From Tubiluchus corallicola (Eukaryota > Animalia > Priapulida), in NCBI GenBank assembly GCA_030141605.1, contig JAQGDQ010000542.1, forward strand, positions 82,720-146,719: a DNA stretch of 64,000 bases, read 5' to 3'. How positions within the stretch are numbered: position 1 is the first letter of the stretch; each line of letters starts with the position of its first letter. Below the pieces are notes generated by a model, which was not told the DNA's origin, did no database searches, and saw only the letters and a list, made by a program, of their open reading frames with translations. The position numbers and the translations under genes are program-made. This document shows, in pieces, positions 12,901 through 27,900 of the stretch.

Positions 12901-15900
12901 GCCTGACGAGGGCTTCACGCAACTTTCGACTCCAAGTTCTGACACTGACGTAGCAACTGAATATGAGAAGTGTGGCGTTGTGCCAAAGAACATCTGGGAA
13001 CGGGCGCTTGACTACATACCCAGTGATCACTATACTTGGGAGACCATTGGTTGGTAAGCATTTACCTTTCTCTCTTGCTAACTTAAAGGAAAACCAGCTG
13101 ATTGTGTAAACGTGAGTTCAGAATAAACTTAATATAACTTAAGCTTTCCACAAAATGAATAAAATTGTATGGCAATGAATGCAACCTAAGTGTCCAAAAT
13201 CTTGCAAATGGTACAATGAAGTATTATACAAGCAGTTTCGAAATTACACTTAAATATTTAAACACAATTTGGATGGCCAGTTAACATAGCGAAAGCTTTT
13301 CTAACGCGTGCCGTCTTGTCAGAGTTAGTTAAATTATTGAGGCGACCTTGCAACTTACATTAAAAAAGTACACTATGTAATCCCTTTTCAGCGAGAAAAG
13401 ATACTGATTAGATATTGATTAAAAAAATATTGAATAAGTATTAATTAAGTATCAATTGATACCTGATTTGTTGCTCTTCATGTCTCTTACAAGTTCTAGT
13501 GGAAGCACGGAGGTGAGTAAGATGGAGATAATCTTCTTGTCTAATTCACACAAAGCTCCAAACACTTGCAGCATCAGTATTCTTATTGACACACGGCTTT
13601 CCTAAAACAACATTCTCAACAATAATTACAGCCTTCTTACAACTTGTCTAAATAGGTGTATTTTTTTACTATCAATTTGAACATGCTACAGCACAATGCA
13701 AGCCAGAATGCAGAACTCAGCGGGGATCTATTAATGAATCGCTTGTGGCGGTACTGGAGCCCGACTTATTATTAAAGCAAAACCGGATGATTGTGTAGAC
13801 ATTAGTTCAAAATAAAATATGCTCTAAAATATTGAAAACTATAATAGTTAATTTTAAATCACAGCTTAGATTAAATAATAAATACCTCGGATACTCAAAT
13901 TTCGTTAAAGTTTCAAAAGTCAGTGAATCTACTAAGATTGGCAGCAGCGACTTTTTGTCACATGCGCGTGGCCGACAAATAGAAGGCGGTACCGTGATAA
14001 TAATGATCATGAACTGCTGTGTCAGTTTCACGATGTCATATGATGTAAAGCCCATTTTTCGTGACATCATGTGTTTAAGCAGTGCTGTAACACCTATGCA
14101 AGTGTGCTTGGATGCGCAAGGGAAGATGCCTGCCATTGCACAAATTGTGGTTAGTTTCTGATGTAAGCAATACCTGTGTTGCCGTTAATTAACTTTCTAA
14201 GCTAATTAGTAAAATATAAGGAACATTTGTTAACTTTTATAGGCAAGAAAGTGTACATTTTGGATAGTAAATTAAAATGAAATTGAGTCTAAACAATCGT
14301 CCAGTCTTCTTTAAGTAATGAGCTACTTTGCCACGTTTTTAAATGGGTGATTTTAAATTTTTGTAATTCCATTTTGATATCACTGTTACTTTTTTTGTGA
14401 CAATTTTTTTAGTATTCGACTCATACTTTTCAACAATTGTATTTAATTATTTATTTACAGTAGGCCAGGTCCAACCGAGAAGAAATATATGACAGAAGCT
14501 GGGCCAAAAATAGTTGATGAATTGTACAGGAGGCAGATTCGCGATGAAGCCATCTTGTGTCGAAATGTGGAAATTCCGGCAATAAGGGAAATCTCAGAGA
14601 GACAACTCGTTGCCGACTTGGTGAACTTAATGTGTGGCATTGAATCGGAAACATTTAGACTTGATACGGTAAATGTCTGTAAATAAACGACTATCACATG
14701 AAAATTGAGTGAATTTATCGTTTCTCAAAGCTTTTTCAGAAAATTGATTTTTAGTATTCTGCATTGATAAGAAAAAATGAAAAGGTAGTTAATTAATAAC
14801 AAGGTCTATTAGTAAATATATAGTAATAGCGCTATTTTGCTCTCCTTTTTCAAGTTACATTTAATGAATATCATAAAATTTCATTCTCATTTTAGTATTC
14901 TATATGTGATGGTTAGTATTCACATAAAATACTAAAATGTGAATGGAATTTTATGCTTTTCGTTTTATGCAACTTGCCAAAGAGAGTAGTGGTTTCCCGA
15001 AATATCTCTATTATTAATAGACCTTGTTGTGATTAATTAACTGCCTTTTTATTTTTATCAGTTTAAAAGGGTTTTCAGAAACTATAAATTCGCTTATTTA
15101 TTCTCATAAATGATCTATGGTTTACTCGCATGTGGTCAGATCTATGGTTTACTCGCATGTGGTCAGATCTATGGTTTACTCGCAGATTAATAAGCTTTGC
15201 AAAAAATATGTATTTACTAGTTTACATAGAATTTATGTTTGCTCGTATATTTTTCTAGGAACAGCAAAAATTTTGCATTGCTCCTGGCTTGTACATTTCC
15301 GGGATTGATCCGGAATGCCTCACAGACATGCTGTCCGACAGCGCAGAATGCGGCACTTTTTTTTACAGGTGAGTTGATTGTAATTCTTATTGTACTTATT
15401 GTCTTATTGATGCTTGAATAGTTTCATAAATAAAAGCATCTCTAAATTAATTCAAAAGACTCCTTTGATTTTTTTTAGAAGCCGACACTTTATCAACTTA
15501 TGATTTTCTCAGTAGTCATCCATCCATTTAGAGGCTTGACTCAACACTGTTTAACCTCGGCATCTAAACATGCACAATTTACATTCTTCTCGCTTGGTAT
15601 ATTAAGTATTTTATACACAAGCAAATGTTTTTTTAGCTACTTTTTTGTTTAAAACACCTAAACGAAACTTCATGTTTATTAACTTTTTTTGGAACCTTGT
15701 CGATGATATACTAAGCATAATGTGAATGGAATGCTTATCATTTATACTTTCATAGGTTAATCGATTGGTCCAAGCCACCTGTAATGAATTCAAGTTACAC
15801 TCAAGGTTTAGTCTATCAGTCGTTTTTATCTGGACTGCGCAACTACTTACGCCAGTATCAGGCTTGTATTCTTGCTGTACCGCTGACTAAAACTTTATTG

Positions 15901-18900
15901 GAAGTTGTCTACCTGTTTCAACCGTTGCGTGCACAAATCAGGTGAGTTTAACTATTTAGACAAAATTGTATTATAATCACATTATAAAAGCTTCATCAAT
16001 AGATCTTCAAGCACTCTGGGATATGATGGCAACATTTTTTATCTTATTTTTTGTTCAAGATAAAAGTAATACAAAAGACACATTGTTTTTTACGGTCTGA
16101 GCACGGTTTTTGTAAGTGCATGTGCAGTTCTGCATACTGCAAACTGTGATGCCATACTTATTTCCATGCTTCAACTAATGTTCTCAGCATTGTAAATAAA
16201 CATAGTTACAGCATAGGACATGAAACTCACCAGAGGCTGTTTTCTCAGTAATCACTAATCCATTTAGTGGCATGACTCAACATTGCTTAACCTCTGCAGC
16301 TAAGACTGCACCAGTTATTCTTCTCGCCTGGTATTTTATACATAAAAACTTTACAAAAGTGTTTTTTACTTAGCACACCACAAACAATTATTCAGTGCAT
16401 CAGTATTTGTTGAAGCAGTAGAATCTCTTCAGCTCAGTGTTACTAGTGTTAGCTGAAGCAGACAAGGAATAGACAGCTATTATAGCATAACAAAGTGGCT
16501 ATTTTTTCTTGATAATAAATTGAATCGTATAGTTGTAGAAAATACCATCTGAGAAATGCCTGAAAACCAATTAATTAATTTCTGTGGCCTAATTTTTGCT
16601 ATTTTTAGATATTTTACTATACACAAGCAAATGTTTTTTTAGCTATTTTTTTGTTTAAAACACCACTATTTTTAGATATTTTACTATACAGCGCCATTGA
16701 AAACATTTTGCTTGAACGTGCACTTTGTAAAATATATTTTATTATCGTAAAACTTTTGTTTACTGTTCAACTGAAAGGTTTAAATATAGTACACATTGAT
16801 TTTGAAATCAAGTACATCTGCAAACAGTTGAGCCTCAAAGTTTTAATATTCTTGTTTACAGAGACTAAATTCAGATATTGTACATTTAGGTACCTATCTC
16901 ACCTATGTATGATTGAGACATACGCATCTGCCGCATCATCGGCAGCATTTCCTACAGGTATCTCTCTTCTCTCTTACCTGTACAACGAAGCGTTGCATCA
17001 CGCAAGCTCTTCTCTCTACCCCGTGCTCTTGTCACTGCTGCAGATAAGTTGTAAGCCGTATCTGTGCTTCATTCGTGATTGGGTGTTCCACGGCACGTGC
17101 AGGGACGACTACGGTGAATTCATGATGAACGTCAGCGACATTTATGTCAATGCTAAAGGTGAGTTTATATATTTTTTATTCTTTCCTTTATTGTTCTAAC
17201 AATGTTCTACACTTGGTTTTGTTACTAATGCTAAGTATGTGCATTTATAACGCACAATAAAATTGGACGTGTTGGATATCGACAACTTTAATGAGCGTCT
17301 TGAGTAGCATTGAGTGTGAAAAATTATTGCTGGGATTTGGAGCTCAGAGAAAATAGGGATTTTAAATTTACAGATTATATTTGACCAAATTATTTTGTGT
17401 CGTGTGTAGCGAAACAAAAATGTCATCAGTAAGATTGGCTTAACAATTATTGAGCATGCGTGCACGTGTGTGCGTGCATACTGTGTGCATGTGTGAGCGT
17501 GCATGCATATGTGTGTTTAATCAAAAGAGCAAACTGTAACTTATAATTTGACATAAATATTATTAAATTTCATTGCTTGCTTCCTAATGAAATCAGACCT
17601 CGAAGTTGCATTTTCTCTCAAAGCATTTTGTTTGGTTTTGCTCGTGAAACTTCTGAAAATCACAGGCTAGACAAGTGTCCTAGCAACGGCTTACTTGGTT
17701 AACGCATTGTTTCTGTGATGTTGGATTTGTGTTAGCAACTGCTTCCTTGGTTACTGCGTTGTTTCTGTGATGTTAGATTTGTGTTAGCAACTGCTTCCTT
17801 GGTTACTGCGTTGTTTCTGTGATGTTAGATTTGTGTTAGCAACTGCTTCCTTGGTTACTGCGTTGTTTCTGTGATGTTAGATTTGTGTTAGCAACGGCTT
17901 CCTTAGTTACTGCGTTGGTTTTGTGATGCTGGATTTGTGTTAGCAACTGCTTCCTTGTTTACCGCGTTGGTTCTGTGATGCTGGATTTGTAAACTATGCT
18001 GCACAGTGAAATGTGGCAAGTGATGACCAAACTAGAACACTGTTATAACTAAGGAGTAAGCAGTTCCTGGCATCACTTAATGAGTAAAACAACAAAATGA
18101 AGTTCCAGACTTTCTTTAGAAACGACCCCTTCACACCAGATTTCCTGTTATGCAAACCACTAAGAAAAAGTTAAAAACATCTGAAAATCTTAGTTAGGGC
18201 ATTTTTTCTATTTGTATATGCCTTTAAAACCTTTTAAAGTGGGTTTTGTTGTTTTGTCACTAAAAGCATTCAGTGTTTGGTTTTCTTGTCAGTAAAAATG
18301 TTCTGCTATATGACAGAATTTCTGTTTGTCCACGTAATATCTCAAAAAGCTGTCAAATAGTTTCGTTGCAGTGAAGTACAATTGCCCACCTGTTTATCTT
18401 AACATCATTTGCAGAGTGTAATTAAAATTTACCTTATATGGGAGGTGACACTGTTGCCATAATTATGGGCTGCAGAAAAGTGCAAAGCTGCAGATGAAGT
18501 TTGTTTACAGCATTTAGCGGATGAAATTTGTGGAATTTGTATTCCAGATGAAAGATTCTGGAAGAAAGCTTTCACCATGGCAACCAAACCAGATGCAAGT
18601 GTCCCGTCATTTTTACGAGATTTGGCGGAAGAGATGTACGTTTGCGGGAAAACCGTTTATTTGATGAGGCTTAATTGTCCGGAGGTAAATTTTTACAGAT
18701 TAGTTAAGTCTGGAAATTTTGTCTTATTTCACTTTCAAAACAAGGTCTTAGGTGGCGTAAAACATGGCAGCCATTTTTGTTTCGCACTTTTACTTTTGTA
18801 TCTATTTGCTTGATGTCTGTCTGAGAGTTTAACTTAGCTTCAAAACACTAAGATTTTTTCTACTAAAATTTCACCACTTCGCTGCCTGTATGACGAGGCT

Positions 18901-21900
18901 GTACCATCATGCTTAGTCCACTGACGCCCGCCAGTAGTAATGATACCTGCACATGCCAGACACACTTCGTGAATCAGGCTATTGATAATAAACTGCAGTG
19001 CTGCCCTCTCTTAGCCAAAAAGTTAATATATGTGCTACAAAATGCTTGTAGCCAAAAACGTGGGTAAAACTTGCAGAAAAGATTGCTGTTATTGTTGAAT
19101 GTACAATGCGCTGCAGTCTAAGCAAATCATAAAGCTGAAATCGATGCGTTTCAAAGGCAAAATTACAGAAACATTTTGGGTATTAGATGGCCAAAGAAAA
19201 TTTCAAACAAAGATCTATATGAAAAAATAAAAGAAGAACCTTGGACAAGAAAAATAAAAACATGTCGTTTAACATGGATTGGGCATATGCTTAGACTACC
19301 TGATGATATTCCAGTGAAGATAGCTCTTCAACAACCCATAGAAGCAGCTAAAAAACCAGCAGGAGGACAAATGTTAACATATTTAGATTTTGCACAGAAA
19401 GATTTAAACACTTCGGCATTGATTCTTAGAAATAAGTGCACATGGGGCACTGCAGCGAATAGGGAATCCTGGCGTAGGGAGGTGAGCAGAATCATGTCCT
19501 TGGAAGTGTGATTCATTGGATGATGATAATGAGTCTGTTGCTTTATGACTTTTGTTTTCTATCCTATAATTTTGAAACATATCACACAAAACAAAACTAC
19601 TTTTGAAATAATTCGATGAAACTGGTGGACATGAAAATGGTGGTACTCATTATGGAGGTGGCGGACAGCAACTGTGACGGCAGTAGTGGAAATTATGGTG
19701 ATGTCAACAATTACGGTGGTGGCAATGACAGTTTTGACAATAAAACTGATGGAGATGAAGCAAAAGTTGCAGTAATCAGTGGTCTATAGTAGTATCTCGG
19801 GCAGTAGCAACTTTTCCTTTTTTTTACATATTCCCTTACACAATTTAAATTACACACCAGTGGAGAGGATAATATAAATTCCAAAACTTTATCGTAAAAT
19901 ATTGATTATAAGATCGCTGTGAACTTTGAATAAACCTTAACTAGCCACGTTGTTTTTCAGCATTACATTTGCAATCTGGGAAATCTTCCTCCAGCATTAA
20001 CTATAACATTCTCATCTGCTGAATTATCAACCACCGTAGCAAAGTGTGAATTATACTCTAGTCGTGTTACTTCTCTGGCTGAAGAAAGGTTCGCTTTTGT
20101 ATTTCTGATATTATTATTTCTTATACAATGTTCCCTCGCTTACCGCGGGTGTTCCGTTCCAGCCCACCTGCGATAAGTGAATTTCTGCGAAGTAGGGACG
20201 CTATACTTATTTTAGTAGTTATACTTTATTTTGAGTCTTTATAAACCCTCCCCACACTCTTATACATAACCCTTTCCCAGTCTTATACAACACATCGTGT
20301 GTCTCACGTCAGCAAGTAGCATCTTAAGCGGGCGCAAGTACTGCATTTCATTTTTGGTGTGTATTCATCCGCCAAATAAATACACTATTTACTGTAAATG
20401 GTAATTTTTTATTATTTATAATATTCTTTTAATGTTAGAATTAATACTTTTAATATATTTCTATACATTTCGTGATTTTTTATGCAAAATTCATCAAATC
20501 TATACATTACTGTACAATACGTACTACGCATGTGCAAAAATACTTTAGACAGAGTACCGCAACAACCCGTGAAACAGAGAATATACCGCGACAAACGAAC
20601 CCTGAAGTAGCGAGGGAACACTGTACTATTTCTTGTATTAGCTAAGCAATTGCTAAAGCCACAATGAGTTGTTACGTTTGTCAACATGGTAGGGCTAAGC
20701 AGTCTTTATCAGAAAGTGAATTCCAATCGAATTTTTAGCTTTCAAATTCGAATTGATTTTGAACTCAGTTTTAAAGGTTTTCATACAAATTTTTTGAATC
20801 AGTAGCGGAAAGCGGTATCACAAAGATCGTGCATATTGCTTGATTTTGTTCTGCAGCAAAAACACTAATAATTTGTTTAAAAATTGTGCATAGAAATCAC
20901 AGCTAAATTGTGCTGACTGCACGTTTTAATGATAAATAGCGGTAGCTGATGTGGCGAATGATTCGAATCCATACTCTTAGGTTCTAATCGAGTTTAAAGT
21001 AAAAAAACTGGTTTGAATTCGATTCAAACCTTCAAACCTGACTACACGAATATTTTAAACTCTTCTCTAAATATTTAACAGAATTCTGAGAGACGAGGCA
21101 AAATTGGCCCAAGTCAAAGAAGATAGGAGGAAAGTATCACACGAAGTCAGGTTGCAATATATGAACGATTATAATAAAATGCAAGGTACAAAAAATATTT
21201 TTTTATTATTAAGTAAGTGAATCCAGTGTGTCTTACTTAACGTAACCTTATGCACATAACTACATGTAGGTGAAACACGTGGTTATTCTTATTATTATAC
21301 TACACGTGTAGTTTTCAATTAACATGTTATTCTTATCCGAAAACATTTAGCAAAATAGCAGCAGTAATCTGTGTAAAATGAAATAATTGAAATAAAAATT
21401 ATCACCATGAACTGTTATTATTACAATGGAATGGCCCTCAAGGCATTGTCTAATGTGAACAAATGCGTTGTTTGGTTCAGGTAACGTTATTAGGTTCACT
21501 TAACCTTTGCCGTTTTCACAATCATCATCAATCGCTGGAACTATGAAAAGGCTTATTTCAAGGCCACATTTGGTACCAAATTCTAATAATGATTGATATT
21601 TATAAAAGCTATATTTATTACTATTCCAGTTTTCACGAATTTAGTTTTTGCAGAATCTTTTACTTTCTTCTAACAAAACGTGAAATACTTTTCTCAAATT
21701 AGCTGGCAACTAACAATATCAGTCGGATTATGAGTATGATTGCCAACTATAGGTAGAGCTGTTGGATTGTGTACTACAAGGAGGAAATCTGAGGCCTGCT
21801 CTGTCATTTTTAAGTAAATGCTCAGCTGACAGAGCATGGGAGTATTAATCCCAGATCTCTGGTTCAAATCCCGACTAGTAAACAATTTTTTAGTGTCTTT

Positions 21901-24900
21901 TTCTCCAACTCATTACCCACAAACAGGTAATAATTGTTAAAAATAAACCGCAATACAAACACTCTGGTAATCAAAGTCATAATCTAACTAATTAATAAAA
22001 ATCTCGACCTTACTTTTAATTAGTCTCACATTCTTTTCATATTGAAACTAAAGACATTGTTCATTACACGCATCAGTGGCCAGTGGTCAGTCAGGTCGGG
22101 GCTACAATAAACTAAGTGAAATGGGCTACAATTTTTGAAACTCTTTGCTGATGACAGGAGGTACATGTTAACGTTCTTCTTAAAATACAGGGTAGCAACT
22201 TTCTGGTAAAGAATTCCAAAGAAAAGAAGCTTGAGGAAAAAACTTTATTGAGATAAAGCTGTTTTACATCTAGAATTGTCCGCAGTAAAATACGATGAGA
22301 AGTCTTGAGAGTATCATCCATTAAATCAGCAAAAAAGAGCATTAATACAGCAACAAATTTTTGATTTACTTATTCTTGACTTTTATTTGTTTTCTTTCTG
22401 CAGATCAGCAAGAGCAAAAGCGGAAAGCCGAAGATGCAGCAAAACGGCAACGGCTCGAGGAGATAAGAGAGCAAATGGAAGAGCAAAAAGAGGTATAGTT
22501 TCACAGATCTATGTATGTAAGAACATTTTCTTGACTTTTGGGTACATTTTGTTTTCAGCATTGACCTTTACCGTTTTTTTTATGTAAACTGGTCATGCTA
22601 AATTGTTTACCTGAACCTGAATGCAAACGTATTCATAATAGCAGTGATAATAGTAATGATGATGATGATGATACTGTTGCAGAGGTGGCCAGGGTTCTCA
22701 AGTCCAGGGTTCAAATCTGGATCAGTCAAACCATGTTGCAGACGAATATTGTAGATGAGAAAATAAACGACAAGTTTGAAAATTCAAATAGAAAATTTCT
22801 CGTATAAATTAGCCAGAATCTTTTCCTGCGTTTCTCATGCTGATCATGATTACGGAACAGGTGCTTAGGTGGTAAACACACCTGTCCATCTGCAGACTGA
22901 ACCAATGAAGCCATTCCATACCAGCTACAGTACTTATAACTGCTATGCAGTGCTGATGTGCAATGGTTTCGTAATGGATCGAACCATCACAATGTAGAAG
23001 GGGTCGAAAATAAATGGCATTACCCCTGTAACAGTACAATAATAATAATGATCAAGTGCCCTTGTTATTTGTTTGATTCATATTCAAAATAGTTTGCTTT
23101 TTAAATTGTTGACTAGTAATGTTCTAGATGAATCATTTTGATTGTGGCATTTATACCTATATAGATGGCGTTGTATTATGTTTATGTGTGAGTTGCTAAA
23201 GTTTCATATTTGGACATTTACCTACTTGGTTAGAGAAAGACAAGAATTAAGCAACGGGAAGCTGATGAAGATGCTGATAGGGTACGCAAAGCAACGAAAC
23301 AAGAAGCAGAGAAGGCAGAGGATGAAGCCGATCTTGAACGAAAAGTCAGGTAAATTACTCTGCCGGTCTTGAACCAAAGTCAGGTAAATTACTCTGCCGG
23401 TCTTGAACCAAAGTCAGGTAAATTACTCGGCCGGTCTTGAACCAATGTCAGGTAAATTACTCTGCCGGTCTTGAACCAAAGTCGGGTAAATTGCTCTGCC
23501 GGTCTTGAACCAAAGTCAGGTAAATTACTCTGCCGGTCTTGAACCAAAGTCAGGTAAATTACTCGGCCGGTCTTGAACCAATGTCAGGTAAATTACTCTG
23601 CCGGTCTTGAACCAAAGTCGGGTAAATTGCTCTGCCGGTCTTGAACCAAAGTCAGGTAAATTACTCTGCCGGTCTTGAACCAAAGTCAGGTAAATTACTC
23701 GGCCGGTCTTGAACCAATGTCAGGTAAATTACTCTGCCGGTCTTGAACCAAAGTCGGGTAAATTGCTCTGCCGGTCTTGAACCAAAGTCAGGTAAATTAC
23801 TCTGCCGGTCTTGAACCAAAGTCAGGTAAATTACTCTGCCGATCTTGAGCAAATAGTCAGGCAAATTACTCTGCTGATCTTGAACCAAAGTCAGGTAAGT
23901 TACTTTGCCGGTCTTGAACGAAAGTCAAATAAATTACCCTGCCGGTCTTGAACAAAAAGTCAGGTAAATGATCCTGCCGATCTTGAGTGAAAAGTCAGGT
24001 AAATTACCCTGCTGATCTCAAATCTTCTAGACTATATACTAGAGTCTATGGCTATATACTAACGAAAATATACTACTTCTGAATATAAATTCTCGGTCGT
24101 GGTGGGTGCCGCCTTTCACTTGAAAATTATGACGTAACTGGGAGAGTTCGTGACTTTTCGTAAGTGCGTCGCGGGTTTCCATAAGCGATGCAGCTTAAAC
24201 TATTTCAAACTTCTGTACTTCACCTACTGTTCTGGCGAAAACATGGCAAAATTAGCTATGTAATTTTTTGGTAAAAACTTTTTATGCTTTGTTGAAGATT
24301 GACAGTGTGCTACTTTTCTTCAAGACGAATGATATCATTGGAAGAATTGGACGTCATTTGGACATGCAAAATGAGAATGCCCATGCATGAAGTGATTGCG
24401 ACTTTAAAGTGATTTTACTAATGACACGAGGCACTTATTGCAGTTTTATTACTAAATCCTACTAACTTTTTTAGTGAACATTTCATAAACAGTAAAACAG
24501 GCGTACAAAAATCTGATTCTCTATGAGCAATGAAATACTTACACGAATGCCTCTCAGATCACTAAATTGTATGAAGTATAACGCCTTCCTGCATTTGTTG
24601 TGGTTGATCATACACTCGGATTTGGTGAAGTCATATAATAATGTAGCTATATTAATTCTTCACAATATGTAACTACTTGTAAGTGTAATGAGTTGGAAAC
24701 TCTTAGAAATGCCCGCACTGGGTTGTGAACCAAGGTCTCCTGCATTGAGGACAGTATTGGTAATAGCTTGCATTGTTTTCAACTTTTCCATCAACTGAAA
24801 TGTCAAATTTTGATAAAGCTCAACTTTGTTACCAAGCTTTACTCAGAAGTTTGTTTTTGTTTGCTTGTTTGTTTGTTTGTTTATTTGTATGTTTGTTTGT

Positions 24901-27900
24901 TTGCTGATTTTTTGATCAACTGTTTTCTGTTTATTTTTTGTCTATTTTACACTACAGTATTCAGAATTCCTACAAGAAACTTTGCTGTCTCTTCAGGTCT
25001 GAGTTGATAGAATATTACGCTGTCATATCGGAGAAGATGGAAGCCAGAGAGCAGTTGGCGATTTGGAAAACGCAGCGATATCGGCTTACTGCCAAGAGAA
25101 ACCAGTTTCTTCAGGCAGAAGACGACACTTTACAACAAGAAATGGCAAAACTGCGCCGTACAGAAGCCACCTCAAAATCGTCATCAGACGATTCTGTCAG
25201 CGCCGCATTCGGTCGTTCGGCAACGGAATCTAAAGTTGATGTGGTGAAGGACCTGGCAAAGTCTAATACTGATGCATCAGCAGTTTCAGAAGATACTACA
25301 GATACCCATGTAACTGAAAAACTTGTAGATGTCGCTTTGCCATCCACGGTTGCTGGATTATCGTCGGATCAAGCAGTTGGTAACTTGCTGGATTTTTCCG
25401 TGGATCCACAGATTTCCTCGCAGCTTTTACTCCCAGAAGAAAAGTCTAGCAATGTGTCTATGACTTGTGATGATTTACTGATAGACTTTTCTGTAGACAA
25501 GTTGGAAATAGCCTCGAAAAGTGAACCAAGTGTTGATGAAATTATTTACATTGGCAAAAAAGTTGATTTTGAAAATGCTACAGAATTTAATGGCAAAGTT
25601 GCTCAACCAGAACCGGTTGAGGAAAAACTTAGTGATCTGACATTCGGAGAAGTGAATCCCGAGGAAGAGCAGCAGAAAGGCCGTGCAAGTGCTGAGGCAC
25701 CATCGCTCCGGCAGAAACTGACTAAGTCACCATTAGGTGGTGCTTTTACTAACCTGATGGATTTGTCTATTACGAAGTTGCCAAAGTGGGAAACGAAAGT
25801 TTTGCCAAGTAGTACAGACGTAGTTAGAAAAATTGAGAAAAAATCCACTGATAGCATAAGCAGAACAGAAATTGATATACTCGATGAGCCAATCATAATG
25901 TTGCCTGATGACGCTACTGAAAAGTCGGAATCGGGAACGAATCTTATTGCAAAGAGTGCCGGCAGTGAAATAAGCGTCATCAGTCAACCTGATAGTGCAG
26001 CACAAACTGTAGCAAGTGAGGTGAATGCTCTTACTTCTAAAGACTCTAATACTGAAATAATAACTGTTTTTGATGATGCCTTAGAAACGCCAGTACTGGA
26101 AGAACAGAGTATTGTTTCTAAAGCTTCTGCTAGCGTATCTGATGATAGATCAGAGAAGCGTCAAAGCTTGCCAAGTGATGCTGCTGCAGCATTTGATAAT
26201 GGTGCCAAAACTCTAGAAGCCGAGAAAACGATGATTGTTGCCAAGGAACACACTGCAGGGATGCCCATATCAGTATCTGATCTTCTTCGAAATTCTCTCT
26301 CACCAACATGTGTCAGAGTTGTTGAAAGTGTAGATCCAATAGAAAAACAGAACAGTGGCGTGTCCGTGTCTGCAAAAAAGGCCCATGTGTCTGATATGTC
26401 CGAAGGATCGATGGTATTCATTCCTCGGAAAAAGAAAACATTTTCCCAGATATCAGATACGACTTGGGAGCCAGGAAGTGCCCTGAAACAGAGGTCTGGA
26501 TTGCTGAAAGTTACGTCTTTGGCACCACACGTGGAACAGCCTAAACTTCTTGGAAGCGGCCGTTGTTTAAGCGAACAAGAAGATGATTCTACAGATTTGG
26601 GAATAAGTGCACAAAATGATGATGATAGAAACGAGGTTCAGACAGTTAATGCTAAAGTACCGTTTATTTCTGAGGCAGTTGACAATGATTCTGCTGATGG
26701 AAGAGCAGTTCCAGATATGCTAATGGACACTGAAGCGTACTCGACTCACATTGTTCGTGAGCGAAACGTGCACGGACACGCCTCGGATGCCACCGTGCAG
26801 GATCTACTTAGGACCCGTGAAGTGTTGGGAAATGACATCGCAATAAGACGGGTACGCAGCGCAAGAGAACAACGTGTTCAAATGCGGTTTGATGAATTGA
26901 GCGAAGCTACTCGGGAGAGGAAAGCTCACGGTAGCCACTCATCTGATTCGACGGTGCAGCGTTATTTAGGAGGAGATCGTGAATTGAAGTCTGCACCATT
27001 AGGTGAGTTTATTAGTTGCACCATTAGGTGATTTTATTAGTTGCACCATTAGGTGATTTTATTAGTTGCACCATTAGATGAGTTTATTAGTTGCACCATT
27101 AGGTGATTTTATTAGTTGCACCATTAAGTGAGTTTATTGGTTGCACCATTAGGTGAGTTTATTAGTTGCACCATTAGGTGATTTTATTAGTTGCACTATT
27201 AGGTGAGTTCATTAGTTGCACCATTAGGTGAGTTTATTGGTTGCACCATTAGGTGAGTTTATTAGTTGCACCATTAGGTGATTTTATTAGTTGCACTATT
27301 AGATGAGTTCATTAGTTGCACCATTAGGTGAGTTTATTAGTTTATGTATTTTGTATGCAGTTAATGTAAAGTCCTGTCTTCAAGAACAAACATGCAAAAA
27401 ACCCTAGATTTCTAATAAGTACTGCAAATCTAGTAAAATTTAATGTAACAAATGTTCATGTGTGTCAGCAGTAGAATGGTTTTTCAAAAATCTTAGCCTA
27501 ACAATGAATAACAAGGCTAATTATGTTACAATTTTGGCTCAAATCTTACTATTTTACCTTTCAATGTAAGCTTATAATCATTTTTGTTGCTGTGTCTTGA
27601 CATTTGGAATAATAAATAAAAAAACAAAATAAATGAAATGAAATAGTGGCAAATGACAGGTATAGAAAAAATGTAAAGCTTCATCACCACTAGGTTTATT
27701 AACAGCAACTATACCAGAAGGTTTTGACAGTGTAATGTTTTTATAATTATTATACATATACATTTTTGTATACTCTGTGTATCTCCGGTTAAACTAGTAC
27801 TTTTTGTTGTTTTTTGCATAGATGTTTCTACCATAGACGAAGGTTGGTTAGAGAGACGATATCATTGGGAAGAGATTAAACCAGAATCGTACACAAGTGA

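Noticed and set aside
13290-13810. Possible minus-strand CR1/Crack LINE remnant (SLIDP...FCILAC-like)
   Set aside because: Too degenerate to support without an alignment search.
24938-27031. 697-aa ORF as a stand-alone novel gene
   Set aside because: It is TUBGCP6 exon 16 (24997-27002), bounded by splice sites in phase with exons 15 and 17.
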